Assembly (NCBI GenBank): GCA_900299195.1 | Contig: OMIX01000098.1 | Coordinates: 27,302-91,301, forward strand | DNA: 64,000 nt | Source: Deltaproteobacteria bacterium | Lineage (GTDB): Bacteria; Bdellovibrionota; FAC87; UBA2466 | Reading direction: 5' to 3' | Shown here: piece after piece, positions 38,526 to 48,739 of the stretch | How the letters are laid out: the number at the start of each line of letters is the position of its first letter | How positions within the stretch are numbered: the stretch's first letter is position 1 | The notes under the pieces: generated by a model | The model's database searches: none | Seen by the model: the letters and a program-made list of their open reading frames with translations, nothing else | Told to the model about the DNA's origin: nothing | Program-made: the position numbers and the translations under genes

Positions 38526-40016
38526 TCAACAAAGCAATTTCACCGCCTTAATCGCCTTTTCCCAACGGAGCACTTCGGCTTTTCGTTTCTTACTCGCCAT
38601 TTGGGGAGAGTAGGTCTTATCGGCTTTCCAAAGTTTTTGAACTTCCTCCAGGTCTTTCCAAACCCCGATATTTAGTCCCGCCTGAAGACCTGCCCCCAGA
38701 GCCGTGGTTTCTAAAACTCTGGATCGGATAATCTGACAACCAAGAAGATCGCTTTGAAACTGCATCATGAGATCATTAGCAGCTCCTCCCCCATCCACTT
38801 TGCAAAATTTAATTTTTTTGCCAAAATCTTTCTCGATAGCTTCAAGAAGCTCACGCACTTGAAACGCAACACCCTCTAGAGTAGCTCGAGCAATGTGGGC
38901 TTTAGTTGTTCGGCGACTCATTCCAGTTAATAGCCCCGTCGCCGTAGGTAACCAATGAGGAGCTCCCATTCCCGAAAGAGCCGGCACAAAAACCACACCG
39001 TCAGAATCGGTCACTGAATTTGCTAACGTCTCCACTTGCGCCGACTCATCAAATAACTCAAGACCATCTCTTAACCACTGAACGGCAGCCCCGGTCACAA
39101 ACGCACTCCCTTCAATCCCGTAAAAAGTTTTGTTTCCAAATTTCCAGGCGACTGTAGTCAAAAGTCTATTCTTAGAAAAAATGGGGGCTGTTCCCGTGTT
39201 GACCAGAGCAAAAGCTCCGGTTCCATAAGTGCACTTGGCAGTTCCTTTTTCAAAACATGCTTGTCCAAAAAGGGCTGATTGTTGGTCTCCAATCATCCCG
39301 GTAATGGGAATGCCATCTGGGAGACCAGGGAACCCTTTTGTTTTTCCAAACTCCGTATCGTTAGAAACAATTTCAGGCAGAATCTGTTTTGGAATTTGAA
39401 AGAGCTTCAAAAGATCGTCATCCCATTGGCAGGTTTTAAGATCCATCAACATGGTACGGCTGGCATTTGATGGCTCAGTTCGGTGGGTTCCACCCGTCAT
39501 TCTATAAAGCAAATAGGATTCGATGGTTCCAAAAGCAATTTTTCCAGCCTTAGCAAGCTCCTTAGCCTGAGGAACATTTTTTAAAAGCCAATGGATTTTG
39601 GTCCCACTGAAATAGGGATCCAGTAAAAGTCCCGTCTTTTTGTGAATCATTCGCTCACAGCCCTGTTTCTTAAGTTTCTGACAGAACTCATGAGTCCTTC
39701 TGTCTTGCCAAACTATCGCTCGATGCAACGGTTTTGCCTCAGCACCGTGGTGCCACAAACAAGTCGTTTCTCTTTGATTCGTAATCCCGATGGCTGAAAT
39801 CATTTCGCCGGAAATATGGGCCTCTTTGAGAACATCACTCACTGCTTTTACCACTGAAGACCAAATTTCATTCAAATCATGCTCAACCCATGAACTCTCA
39901 GGAAAATGCTGGGGAAATTCATGATTTACTTTTCCTAAAACCTGAAAGTGCTCATCAAATAAAAGAGCTGTAGTTCCCGTAGTTCCTTGGTCGATCGCTA
40001 GAATTAAAGGTTTCAT
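38526..40016 (-). CDS. glpK: Glycerol kinase
   Basis: LILAIDQGTTGTTALLFDE and FGQACFEKGTAKCTYGTGAF are FGGY kinase signatures. 496 aa. Confidence 0.9.
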   Translation of the reverse strand: MKPLILAIDQGTTGTTALLFDEHFQVLGKVNHEFPQHFPESSWVEHDLNEIWSSVVKAVSDVLKEAHISGEMISAIGITNQRETTCLWHHGAEAKPLHRAIVWQDRRTHEFCQKLKKQGCERMIHKKTGLLLDPYFSGTKIHWLLKNVPQAKELAKAGKIAFGTIESYLLYRMTGGTHRTEPSNASRTMLMDLKTCQWDDDLLKLFQIPKQILPEIVSNDTEFGKTKGFPGLPDGIPITGMIGDQQSALFGQACFEKGTAKCTYGTGAFALVNTGTAPIFSKNRLLTTVAWKFGNKTFYGIEGSAFVTGAAVQWLRDGLELFDESAQVETLANSVTDSDGVVFVPALSGMGAPHWLPTATGLLTGMSRRTTKAHIARATLEGVAFQVRELLEAIEKDFGKKIKFCKVDGGGAANDLMMQFQSDLLGCQIIRSRVLETTALGAGLQAGLNIGVWKDLEEVQKLWKADKTYSPQMASKKRKAEVLRWEKAIKAVKLLC

Positions 40017-40129
40017 GACTCACTCCTCAAAGATTAGTTCGTCATTATAGCCAAACCCTCAAAATAAAGAAACGAACCCTATTTTTACTCCGAGATTTTT
40101 ATAAAAATTTAGGCTATAGCTAGCGACCT

Positions 40130-40960
40130 ATGGCAAAACCGGGAAACCAGCTCCTTAAGCAAGCCCTAGAGCTAGCCTACGAAGATTACCACCAAGAAAA
40201 ACGGAGACGGCGGGATCCGATCTCTTTAGTTTATCCTTTCTCAAATCCTCAAGATCAGGAAGTAGCTGCTTTTCTAGTGGCTCTCATCTCTTACGGCAAT
40301 GTAACAACCATCCTCCAAAGCGGAGAGAAACTCTTAGCCCCGCTCGGGAGGAACCCCTATCAATATCTGATTTCTGATTCCCCCTTAAATTTATGGCCGA
40401 CTTTTAAGCACCGTTTTACCACAGGAAAAGATATTGAAATTTTGGCCCACTGGATTAGGGAAGCTCTTAAAACCCAAGGTTCTCTGGAACAGTTTTTTAT
40501 TTCAAGAACTCCCGATCAGTCAGTTCCAATGAAACTTAAGTTATCAGGTTTTGTTCAGGGCTTATGGTCTCAGCCTCTCTCCAAAAATGTGAAATGCTGG
40601 GTCCAAGTGAGAAATCGAAATTTAAAATACCTGCTCTCAGATCCCCAACAGGGTAGCGCTTGCAAAAGATTGAATATGTTTTTGCGTTGGGTAGTACGGC
40701 CCAAAGATGGGATTGATTTGGGTCTTTGGAAAAAAGTGACTCCCCGTGAACTCTTATTGCCGCTCGATACCCATCTAGTTCAAACTTTAAAAAAGTTGAA
40801 ATGGATTCGCACTGAAAATACTAATTGGAAAACTGTCGAATCGGTCACTGAAAAATTGAGGGAAATTTCGGCAGAGGACCCCATTCGCTATGATTTTTCT
40901 CTGTGCCATCTTTCCATGTCAGGTGGTAACTTTAAGGATTATCAAAAAAGAACACTATAA
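40130..40960 (+). CDS. Conserved hypothetical protein (possibly TIGR02757/DUF2400 family)
   Basis: DPISLVYPFSNPQDQEVAAFLVALISYGNV resembles the DUF2400 N-terminus from memory. Needs an HMM check. Confidence 0.4.
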   Translation: MAKPGNQLLKQALELAYEDYHQEKRRRRDPISLVYPFSNPQDQEVAAFLVALISYGNVTTILQSGEKLLAPLGRNPYQYLISDSPLNLWPTFKHRFTTGKDIEILAHWIREALKTQGSLEQFFISRTPDQSVPMKLKLSGFVQGLWSQPLSKNVKCWVQVRNRNLKYLLSDPQQGSACKRLNMFLRWVVRPKDGIDLGLWKKVTPRELLLPLDTHLVQTLKKLKWIRTENTNWKTVESVTEKLREISAEDPIRYDFSLCHLSMSGGNFKDYQKRTL

Positions 40961-40971
40961 ACGGAGCTCTC

Positions 40972-41562
40972 ATGCGAAATTGGAATGACGATCCCTACAC
41001 AAAAAAGGCCCGAAAAGAAAACTTTGAAGCTCGCTCTGTTTACAAGTTAGAAGAAATCGACAAACGAGAAAAAATTTTTTCAGGAGTAAAGACTGTTCTA
41101 GACTTGGGGGCAGCCCCGGGGTCATGGACTCAATATTGCCTAAAAAAACTTTCAAAGACAGAGGGTAAAGTCATTGCGGTAGATATCAGCCCCATCCAAG
41201 TTCAAGATCCCAGACTGGTTTTTCTTCATCAGTCCATCGAAGATGTAGATTTGTCCCCCCATGTGGGCGGCGGTAAAGTAGATATGGTTCTAAGTGACAT
41301 GGCCCCAAAAACGAGTGGAGTTCATGACAGAGACGTTGCACTCTCTTTTGAACTTGCTTCCTTAGCTTTTCAAACCTGCGAAAAACACTTAAAACCGGGC
41401 GGTACTTTTGTTGTAAAACTCTTTATGGGCGACTCCTTCGAAGAGTTCAACAAACTTTTAAAAACTAACTTCTCTCAGGTGAGACTTCTGCGCCCCGACA
41501 GTACTCGCAAACACAGCCGTGAGATTTTTTTCATCGGAAAAGGATTTAAAGCAAAAAGCTAA
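40972..41562 (+). CDS. rlmE: 23S rRNA (uridine2552-2'-O)-methyltransferase RlmE (FtsJ)
   Basis: RSVYKLEEIDKREKIF..VKTVLDLGAAPGSWTQY...VLSDMAP are FtsJ SAM-MTase motifs. Confidence 0.85.
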   Translation: MRNWNDDPYTKKARKENFEARSVYKLEEIDKREKIFSGVKTVLDLGAAPGSWTQYCLKKLSKTEGKVIAVDISPIQVQDPRLVFLHQSIEDVDLSPHVGGGKVDMVLSDMAPKTSGVHDRDVALSFELASLAFQTCEKHLKPGGTFVVKLFMGDSFEEFNKLLKTNFSQVRLLRPDSTRKHSREIFFIGKGFKAKS

Positions 41563-42146
41563 AAAGGTTCTTCCTTAAGATAGAGATAAAGCTGCTCGAG
41601 GATTTTGGCACTAGCCCCCCAAATGAGTTCCCGATCGCACTCAATACCCATACTCTCAATATGAAAGGTGGCCCCTTGCTTTTGTACAGCAACCCGTACA
41701 GGTTGAAGCCCCTCTTTTAGGAGTCGCTCTAGAGGTAGAAATAAAGTTCTCTCAACCTCTCTTAGGCTTAATTGGAACTCTTGGGGAAATTGAACTCGAG
41801 CCACCCAGGGGTAGATCATCACATCTCTTAAAGTTTGCACTGGCTTTAAAGGCCCCAAAATTTCCAATTGATTTTGGGTCAGCCCAACCTCTTCATAAGT
41901 TTCGCGTAAAGCGGTGGCCAATAACGAGGGGTCCGAAACTTCAAAAAATCCCCCCGGAAAACTGATCTGACCTTTGTGGGTTTCTACTTGTGCAGTTCTC
42001 TTAGTGAGAAGAATCTCTTGTTGCGTTGCGCCGTGCCTCACACCAATAGGAACTAAAACAGCAGCAGCCCCTAACTTAGGAGTTTCAGCCCCCAAAATTG
42101 CATTTTGACTTAGCTTGGTCAGTAATATTTTTTCCCAATCGACCAT
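41559..42146 (-). CDS. NUDIX hydrolase, CoA pyrophosphatase-like
   Basis: Nudix box GGFFEVSDPSLLATALRETYEEVGL (GX5EX7REUXEEXGU) and an upstream CoA-type motif (LTKRTAQ...). Confidence 0.7.
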   Translation of the reverse strand: MVDWEKILLTKLSQNAILGAETPKLGAAAVLVPIGVRHGATQQEILLTKRTAQVETHKGQISFPGGFFEVSDPSLLATALRETYEEVGLTQNQLEILGPLKPVQTLRDVMIYPWVARVQFPQEFQLSLREVERTLFLPLERLLKEGLQPVRVAVQKQGATFHIESMGIECDRELIWGASAKILEQLYLYLKEEPF

Positions 42147-42235
42147 CGTTGGATCTCACTAAAAGATTTAAACTATCTGAGTTGCTTTTTAACTCTTTCT
42201 TGTGGCAAGTTCTAGTTTTTTAAAGGAGAAAGGGC

Positions 42236-42610
42236 ATGTTGAGTCCTACCGAAGCTTTCAAAACTAAAGAGTGTATTTTCTGTAAAATCGTTTCTGGAAC
42301 ATTACCCTCTGAAAAGGTTTATGAAAATGATAACGTCTTTGCTTTTCGAGATATCAGCCCTCAAGCCCCAGTTCATATTCTGATTGTTCCCAAAAAACAT
42401 ATCACTGATGTGCTAGATGTTTCAGTGAGTGACAGCGCTGTTTTCCAAAACCTTTTCCAGGCCGCACAACAAATTGCTGCCAAGCTAGGAATAGCGGGAT
42501 CAGGCTTTAGAACCGTCTTCAACAGTGGGGACCATGCTTGCCAAACCATGTACCATTTGCACTTGCATCTTTTAGGTGGAACGCAAATGGGTGGCTCATT
42601 GGTAGGATAA
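42236..42610 (+). CDS. HIT-family (histidine triad) nucleotide hydrolase
   Basis: CIFCKIV... and the C-terminal HLHLHLLGG histidine triad. Confidence 0.8.
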   Translation: MLSPTEAFKTKECIFCKIVSGTLPSEKVYENDNVFAFRDISPQAPVHILIVPKKHITDVLDVSVSDSAVFQNLFQAAQQIAAKLGIAGSGFRTVFNSGDHACQTMYHLHLHLLGGTQMGGSLVG

Positions 42611-42614
42611 ATCG

Positions 42615-42643
42615 TCGATAAATTCTCGTGATGTCGCTATAAT
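42615..42643 (+). promoter_or_regulatory. Candidate sigma-70 promoter for nrdAB: -35 TCGATA, 17-bp spacer, perfect -10 TATAAT, followed by a ~285-nt leader
   Basis: tcgataaattctcgtgatgtcgctataat sits just after the HIT stop. The leader contains the inverted repeat ctcttaaATGttaagag (about 42815-42831). Confidence 0.35.
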
Positions 42644-42933
42644 TTTTAGGCTTTTTTAGGGGCCTGTTTTTTTACAGTTAGAACAGTTCAAAAACCCCGA
42701 CCCACAGGCATAAATGATCGCGTCAAAATGAAGTGAATTGACAGTAAATTTTTCCTTCTTTAGTTTCATGTTAAGTGATGATTTCTCGCGCGATTTTTTT
42801 TAAAGAACAGCGCACATTCTCTTAAATGTTAAGAGTGGTAAGTGAGAACTTCTCTAGATGGAAACAGAATGAGAAGAGGGCTTTTTATTCTGTGATTTTT
42901 GCAGTGGATTTAGTGCATTGAAGGAACAACAAA

Positions 42934-45249
42934 ATGCAAGTTATCAAAAGAGATGGAACCAAAGAAGACGTTAAAATTGAGAAAATTCTCCATGCGGTCA
43001 ACAGAGCTTGCCGCGGGATTAATAATGTTGAGTCCTTGGAAATTGCCAAGAGAACTATCGCTGGGCTTCACGATGGAAGTACCACCGAAGAACTAGACAA
43101 CCTTTCTATTTCAACTGCTGTCATGCTCATGGCAGACGAACCCAACTACTCCAAAGTTGCAGCCCGAATGCTCTCCGAGAACATTCGAAAAGAGGTCGGG
43201 AGAGATTCGGCTTTTAGAGATTATTTGAAGTGGGCTGCCGAACTGGGTGTTTTAAGTGATAAGATTTTATCTATCGCTAAGCAGGACGTTGAAGCCATTG
43301 AATTCGCTATCCGTCACGAGAGAGACGATCTCTTTGAATATTTCGGTTTGAAAACTATCGTAGACCGCTACTTACTTCGTCATCCCAGGACTCGAAGGCT
43401 CGTTGAACGTCCGCAATGGATGTTTATGAGAGTCGCCTTGGGCCTTTCTGAAACCATCAGCGAAGCCATTGAATTTTACGACATCATTAGTCAGTTCTTG
43501 TACATGCCCTCAACCCCCACTTTATTCAATTCGGGAACTCGACATCCACAGATGAGTTCCTGTTATTTATTAACTGTCGCGAACGACAGTCTTGAAGGCA
43601 TTTATAAAACCATCACCGATTGTGCCCAGCTTTCTAAATGGTCAGGCGGTTTAGGAGTAGATTGGACCCCAGTTAGATCCTCAGGCTCTCTTATCAAGGG
43701 CACTAATGGACTGAGTAATGGCATCATTCCTTTTTTAAAGGTATTTGATTCCTCGGTACATGCGGTGAACCAAGGAGGAAAGAGAAAAGGGGCAGCTGCT
43801 ATTTATATTGAGCCCTGGCATGCCGATATCGAGACTTTTCTAGAACTTCGCAACAACACGGGGGCAGAGGAGAGAAGAACACACAACTTGAATCTTGCTC
43901 TTTGGATTCCGGACCTTTTCATGAAAAGGGTTGAATCAGACAGCGATTGGTCGTTGTTCTCCCCCAGCGATGCTCCAGAACTCACTCAAACGTATGGAGA
44001 AAAGTTTGAGAAGGCTTACGAACACTACGAGCAGACCACAAAAGTGATGAAAAAAGTTTCGGCACGAGCTTTGTATTCAAGAATGATGCAAACCTTAGCG
44101 GAAACGGGAAATGGTTGGATGTGCTTTAAGGACAAGGCCAATTTAAGATCAGCCCAAACCGCAGAACCTGATAACGTCATCCATAGCTCCAATTTGTGCA
44201 CTGAGATTCTAGAGGTCACTTCAAAAGAAGAGACGGCTGTTTGCAACTTGGGCAGTGTCAACCTCTCGGCCTATGTCACTAAAGATCTCAAGTTTGACTT
44301 TGAAAAACTGAAGTCAGTAGTCGATATCGCAACTCGATTCTTAGACAAAGTGGTAGACATCAATTTCTACCCAACTAAAGAAGCTTCATCGTCTAACCAA
44401 AGATGGCGGCCAGTCGGATTGGGAATCATGGGTCTGCAGGATGTTTTTTTCAAAATGAGACTTCCCTTCGACTCAAAAGAAGCTAAAGAACTCTCTTCGC
44501 AGATTTCAGAAACTATCTATTACCATGCCCTTCAAGCCAGCATGAAGATGGCTAAAGAGTCTGGAAAGTTCTCTGCTTTTGAGGCGTCAAGATATGCCGA
44601 TGGCGACCTTCAAGTGCATCTGGCAAAGAAATTTCAACCTCAAATGCCAGAACTTCACTACAATTGGGATGAGCTAGCCCAACAGATTAAAATTCACGGT
44701 TTGCGAAACAGTCTACTGATTGCGATTGCTCCCACGGCCACAATAGCTTCCATCGTTGGGAGCTACGAAAGCATCGAGCCCCAGGTCTCAAATTTCTTTA
44801 AAAGAGAGACGCTAAGTGGGGAGTTTCTTAATGTGAATCGGTATCTGATTAATGACTTGAAGCGACTCGGACTCTACACACCTGCAATTCGTGCTAAAAT
44901 CATTGAGCATGAAGGTTCTATTCAGGAGATCTCGGAAATCCCCGGGGAAATTCGGGCGCTCTACAAAACTGTTTGGGAAATATCGCAGAAAAACTTAATC
45001 GATATGGCTGCAGAACGGTCAGCGTTCATTTGCCAATCACAATCCCTTAATTTGTTTTTAGAGGACCCCTCCATTGGAAAACTTTCCTCCATGTACATGC
45101 ACGCATGGAAGCAGGGGATCAAAACCACTTATTATTTGAGATCGAGAGCTAAAACATCCATTAAGAAAACAACTGTATCCCAGGTCGAAGCTCAAGCAGC
45201 TATCGCTTGCTCTTTGGAGAATCCAGAGTCCTGCGAAGCCTGCCAATAA
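42934..45249 (+). CDS. nrdA: Ribonucleoside-diphosphate reductase class Ia alpha subunit (with N-terminal ATP cone)
   Basis: MQVIKRDGTKEDVKIEKI ATP cone, SSCYLL, NLCTEI, C-terminal YxLRSRAK...CxxC tail. 771 aa. Confidence 0.9.
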   Translation: MQVIKRDGTKEDVKIEKILHAVNRACRGINNVESLEIAKRTIAGLHDGSTTEELDNLSISTAVMLMADEPNYSKVAARMLSENIRKEVGRDSAFRDYLKWAAELGVLSDKILSIAKQDVEAIEFAIRHERDDLFEYFGLKTIVDRYLLRHPRTRRLVERPQWMFMRVALGLSETISEAIEFYDIISQFLYMPSTPTLFNSGTRHPQMSSCYLLTVANDSLEGIYKTITDCAQLSKWSGGLGVDWTPVRSSGSLIKGTNGLSNGIIPFLKVFDSSVHAVNQGGKRKGAAAIYIEPWHADIETFLELRNNTGAEERRTHNLNLALWIPDLFMKRVESDSDWSLFSPSDAPELTQTYGEKFEKAYEHYEQTTKVMKKVSARALYSRMMQTLAETGNGWMCFKDKANLRSAQTAEPDNVIHSSNLCTEILEVTSKEETAVCNLGSVNLSAYVTKDLKFDFEKLKSVVDIATRFLDKVVDINFYPTKEASSSNQRWRPVGLGIMGLQDVFFKMRLPFDSKEAKELSSQISETIYYHALQASMKMAKESGKFSAFEASRYADGDLQVHLAKKFQPQMPELHYNWDELAQQIKIHGLRNSLLIAIAPTATIASIVGSYESIEPQVSNFFKRETLSGEFLNVNRYLINDLKRLGLYTPAIRAKIIEHEGSIQEISEIPGEIRALYKTVWEISQKNLIDMAAERSAFICQSQSLNLFLEDPSIGKLSSMYMHAWKQGIKTTYYLRSRAKTSIKKTTVSQVEAQAAIACSLENPESCEACQ

Positions 45250-45258
45250 GGAGACATC

Positions 45259-46266
45259 ATGTTACTCAGCCCCGAATTAAATTTAACTCTTCGTCCAATG
45301 CAGTATCCGCAGTTCTTCAAACTTTACAAGGACTCCATCAAAAATATCTGGACGACTGAAGAGATCGACTTTTCAATCGATTACGAACACATTCGAGATA
45401 AACTCAACCCCAAGGAAGCTCACCTCATCAAGCGCTTAGTAGCTTTTTTTGCTACGGCTGATAATTTGGTCGCACACAATCTCGTCTTAAATTTTTATAA
45501 ACATGTTAATAGCCCGGAATACCGAATGTTCCTTGGGAAGCAACTCTTTGATGAAATGCTTCATGTGGAAACCTACTTACTTTTGGTAGACAACTATTTG
45601 CCAGACCTTGCCGAAAGAGCCGAAGCTTTTGATGCCTACAAAAACATTCCCTCGGTCAAATTGAAAGCCGATTTCTGCTTTAAATACATGGATTCCATCC
45701 ATCATCTTGATAAGTTGGACACCCCAAAAAAACGTCAGCAATTTGTGGAAAACCTCATTTGTTTCGCAGCTTGCGTGGAAGGACTGTTTTTCTTCGGAAG
45801 TTTTGCTTATGTTTATTTCCTTAGAAACAAGGGGCTATTACCTGGACTAGCCACAGCCACAAATTGGGTTTTCCGAGATGAAACGATGCACATTGAAGCA
45901 GCCATGCAGGCCATACACGCTATCAAAAGTGAATACCCAGAACTGTTCACGAAAGAATTGGAGGAACGAGTAGAAACCATGATCGAAGAAGCCATCGAAG
46001 TCGAAATGGCCTTCTGCGAAGACGTTTTAACCTTTGGAGTGAGTGGGCTTTCCCCCAAACTCATGAAGGAATATCTCTGCTACTGTGCCGACCAGCGATT
46101 GGTACAGCTCGGGATGAATAAGAAATACTTTGCGAAAAATCCATTTCCGTTCATGGTTCTGCAAGACGTTCAACCCTTGACCAACTTTTTTGAAAAGCGA
46201 GTTACCGAGTACCAAAAAGGATTTGGAGCTTCGAAAGAGTCGGTTGTTTTCGACGAAAACTTTTAA
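45259..46266 (+). CDS. nrdB: Ribonucleoside-diphosphate reductase class Ia beta subunit
   Basis: Di-iron ligands in FLGKQLFDEMLHVETY and FRDETMHIEAA. 335 aa, 10 nt after nrdA. Confidence 0.9.
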   Translation: MLLSPELNLTLRPMQYPQFFKLYKDSIKNIWTTEEIDFSIDYEHIRDKLNPKEAHLIKRLVAFFATADNLVAHNLVLNFYKHVNSPEYRMFLGKQLFDEMLHVETYLLLVDNYLPDLAERAEAFDAYKNIPSVKLKADFCFKYMDSIHHLDKLDTPKKRQQFVENLICFAACVEGLFFFGSFAYVYFLRNKGLLPGLATATNWVFRDETMHIEAAMQAIHAIKSEYPELFTKELEERVETMIEEAIEVEMAFCEDVLTFGVSGLSPKLMKEYLCYCADQRLVQLGMNKKYFAKNPFPFMVLQDVQPLTNFFEKRVTEYQKGFGASKESVVFDENF

Positions 46267-46441
46267 AAAAATCAAAGAACCCAGCCAAATTTGTCACCTG
46301 CTGTTTAACGATTTGACGAATACAGTAATAACACACTTGTAAAATCAAGGTGTTATCTGCCGGTTTTTCATGGCCCTTGACTTGCAGTTCCGCTCGCCCG
46401 GGATGAAAGTGTCAGCGAGTTGGAACTCGCAAAGGCGGTTT

Positions 46442-47296
46442 ATGATTAAGCGTTGGGGATTCTATTTGATTGCAGCGAACTTGTTATGCTCCTGCGGACT
46501 TTTTAAAAAAGATGACCTTTATGGAATTAAATTCGATTCTACAGTCCCTGAAGAACAAAAAGAACTTCTAGTCGACGACCTTCAATTTATTGGCAACCTA
46601 TCGTTTTCGAATGTCACTAGCCAAGATTTAGAGAAAATAGACCTTCCAGAGCTTTCTCCAAATGCCTTAGTTCAATTTTTAGTCAGTCGAGTTAAATACA
46701 TCGTAGGAGAAAGTTACGATTCCGACGCTCAAAGAACCGTTGTCTCGAATAATTATTATTATTCCCCCACTAAATTTGCAGCTTTCCAGTCCCCTTTTGA
46801 TCGGGTTGTTACAGTAATGACCAATTCAGGCAGTGCCGTTTATTTAGAAGGGAAGAAGAACAGTATTCTTTACTCGGTTAATGTGGCTGATACCGATGTG
46901 TTAGTTAACTCTACTCGGGTAGGCATCATCAAAATAGGAGAGGGGCTCTTTAACAGTTCCCGACTTCAAAGCATGAGTGCAACTTCAACTGCCAAGAGAC
47001 TTCTCAGACTGGGGACTCTATTCCATGAATCGAGGCACAGCGATGGTAATGGTTCTAATGCTGGTTTCCCTCACACTAAGTGCAACTCGGGAGACTTTGC
47101 GGGGTATTACGCCTGCGAATCTAACATCAATGGACCCTATAATCTTGAAGCTATGTTGTTGAACCATTTTTATCAAAGTTGCTATGGTTGTTCACAAACC
47201 GAGCTCTCAGCTATTCAGGTCTCTGCCGCGGATGCCGCAAGTCGACTACTCTATGGTGCCACTCGAAAAGATCCTCAACCCGAGTTTGTAAAATGA
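46442..47296 (+). CDS. Secreted protein or putative lipoprotein with an HExxH motif (HESRH)
   Basis: Signal peptide FYLIAANLLCSCGLF (weak lipobox). TLFHESRHSDGNG contains HExxH. Start moved to the internal Met of ORF 46370. Confidence 0.4.
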   Translation: MIKRWGFYLIAANLLCSCGLFKKDDLYGIKFDSTVPEEQKELLVDDLQFIGNLSFSNVTSQDLEKIDLPELSPNALVQFLVSRVKYIVGESYDSDAQRTVVSNNYYYSPTKFAAFQSPFDRVVTVMTNSGSAVYLEGKKNSILYSVNVADTDVLVNSTRVGIIKIGEGLFNSSRLQSMSATSTAKRLLRLGTLFHESRHSDGNGSNAGFPHTKCNSGDFAGYYACESNINGPYNLEAMLLNHFYQSCYGCSQTELSAIQVSAADAASRLLYGATRKDPQPEFVK

Positions 47297-47850
47297 AATA
47301 TAGATCACTGATTTTTACTTTGATAGGTATCACTCTGGCTAGTGTTGGGTTTTACTTCTTAAAACCCCAACCCAAAATCCACCTTCAAGAAGAATCCGCG
47401 CTGTCCATGCCTAACAGTTTAATGCCCGAACTCATGGGAGCCAAAAAAATTCCTACTCGAACGAATCTGGATCCAGAGCAAATAGCTCGATTAAAAGAGC
47501 TGAAAAAGTTTAGAGTTTATCTAGAATCTTCTTATCTTAGACTTCCTTCAATAGAATCTTTGAAACTATCGAAAGAAGGAGACTTTCACCATGTGCCCCC
47601 AACCGTCATTGAGAGCAGTGAAATATTTGGAGACATTGCAGATCGACTAAATAAGAACAGTTACCTCATTCGAGACGCTTTAAAATTCTATAGCGCTTGT
47701 GCGCTCAATGAACAATTAGTCACTTCAGTCAGGGCGGTTTGTGCAAGAAATTTAAAAGACTGGTCGTCTAAAGCCAAAATCGATATTTCCAGAATTGAAA
47801 TACCTGACACCATCCAAAAAATTGCAGATGTTCTCCCCGGACGAAATTAA
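47293..47850 (+). CDS. Hypothetical protein with an N-terminal TM anchor (186 aa)
   Basis: MKYRSLIFTLIGITLASVGFYFLK signal-anchor. The ATG overlaps the upstream stop (ATGA at 47293-47296). Confidence 0.45.
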   Translation: MKYRSLIFTLIGITLASVGFYFLKPQPKIHLQEESALSMPNSLMPELMGAKKIPTRTNLDPEQIARLKELKKFRVYLESSYLRLPSIESLKLSKEGDFHHVPPTVIESSEIFGDIADRLNKNSYLIRDALKFYSACALNEQLVTSVRAVCARNLKDWSSKAKIDISRIEIPDTIQKIADVLPGRN

Positions 47851-48233
47851 AAAGCAGTCGCAAGCTTTTTGGGAAATACGGTCGGAGTATTCACAAGAAA
47901 CACATAACTTTTAACTCCGCCTCGTCTGACAAGAAACTCTGAAAACAGAGAAAGAACAGTTTCTGATCCTGGTCGCTTAAAGGAGTACTGATAAACCCCT
48001 CTCAAGAATTCACAATTCTCTGAGAGTGTTACTGAACTTGAAGATTGAACTTTTGCTTCACACGCCTCAGATTCCAGGATTTCGACTTTGGTCTCTAACG
48101 GGGATAAATGTAATTTGGCGGGTAAAAATTGAATCCCGTGAGTCCCCAGCACAATCCTTGGACTCCAAGGTTTTGCTGCCACACCATGACTCGAGAACAA
48201 GAAAAAAAAGATCCCCAAAACTAGATTTCGCAT
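47847..48233 (-). CDS. Small secreted hypothetical protein (128 aa)
   Basis: Signal peptide MRNLVLGIFFFLFSSHGVAA. Convergent with the upstream gene, overlapping by 4 nt. Confidence 0.45.
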   Translation of the reverse strand: MRNLVLGIFFFLFSSHGVAAKPWSPRIVLGTHGIQFLPAKLHLSPLETKVEILESEACEAKVQSSSSVTLSENCEFLRGVYQYSFKRPGSETVLSLFSEFLVRRGGVKSYVFLVNTPTVFPKKLATAF

Positions 48234-48279
48234 CTTTTGGGGTTAACATCTTAATAGCTTTATAGTCAAATGCGGGGTA

Positions 48280-48714
48280 TCAATTGCAGCGCTGCCAAAG
48301 AAGGACTGCAGTTTGTTTAATTCCCTGAGCAACATAGGGTCCTACACTCAGGCTCAATTTGTCTTCAAAAAATTGAAACCGCCGCTTCTGGATAGTTCCA
48401 ATCCAGTTAGGAAATAAACTCAGTTCCACATGATGCCAAACTTCTTCTCGATGAACTTCAAACTTCCCGGCGTAATGGAGATATCCCTTCATTGCTAACG
48501 CTTTTTCCTCTTCGGTTCCCGAAAAAAGCTCTCGCGTTTTAAACGGAATTCGATTGGCTTGCATCAGGGCACCCGACATGTAACCCTCAACCGTATAAAC
48601 TAAAATGCCTTGAGCCAGTTCCCCGAATGGATAGAAAAAAGTCCCATCTTCGAATTCATGATGGCACTTGATAAGTTTCCATGTGCCTACGAACTGAGAA
48701 TTAACCGTTTTCAT
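48280..48714 (-). CDS. Hypothetical protein, lipocalin-like domain candidate
   Basis: FVGTWKLIKCH... is reminiscent of the GTWKL start of bacterial lipocalin-like domains. 144 aa. Confidence 0.35.
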   Translation of the reverse strand: MKTVNSQFVGTWKLIKCHHEFEDGTFFYPFGELAQGILVYTVEGYMSGALMQANRIPFKTRELFSGTEEEKALAMKGYLHYAGKFEVHREEVWHHVELSLFPNWIGTIQKRRFQFFEDKLSLSVGPYVAQGIKQTAVLLWQRCN

Positions 48715-48739
48715 TAAACTGGGCGTTCATAAAGAAAAG

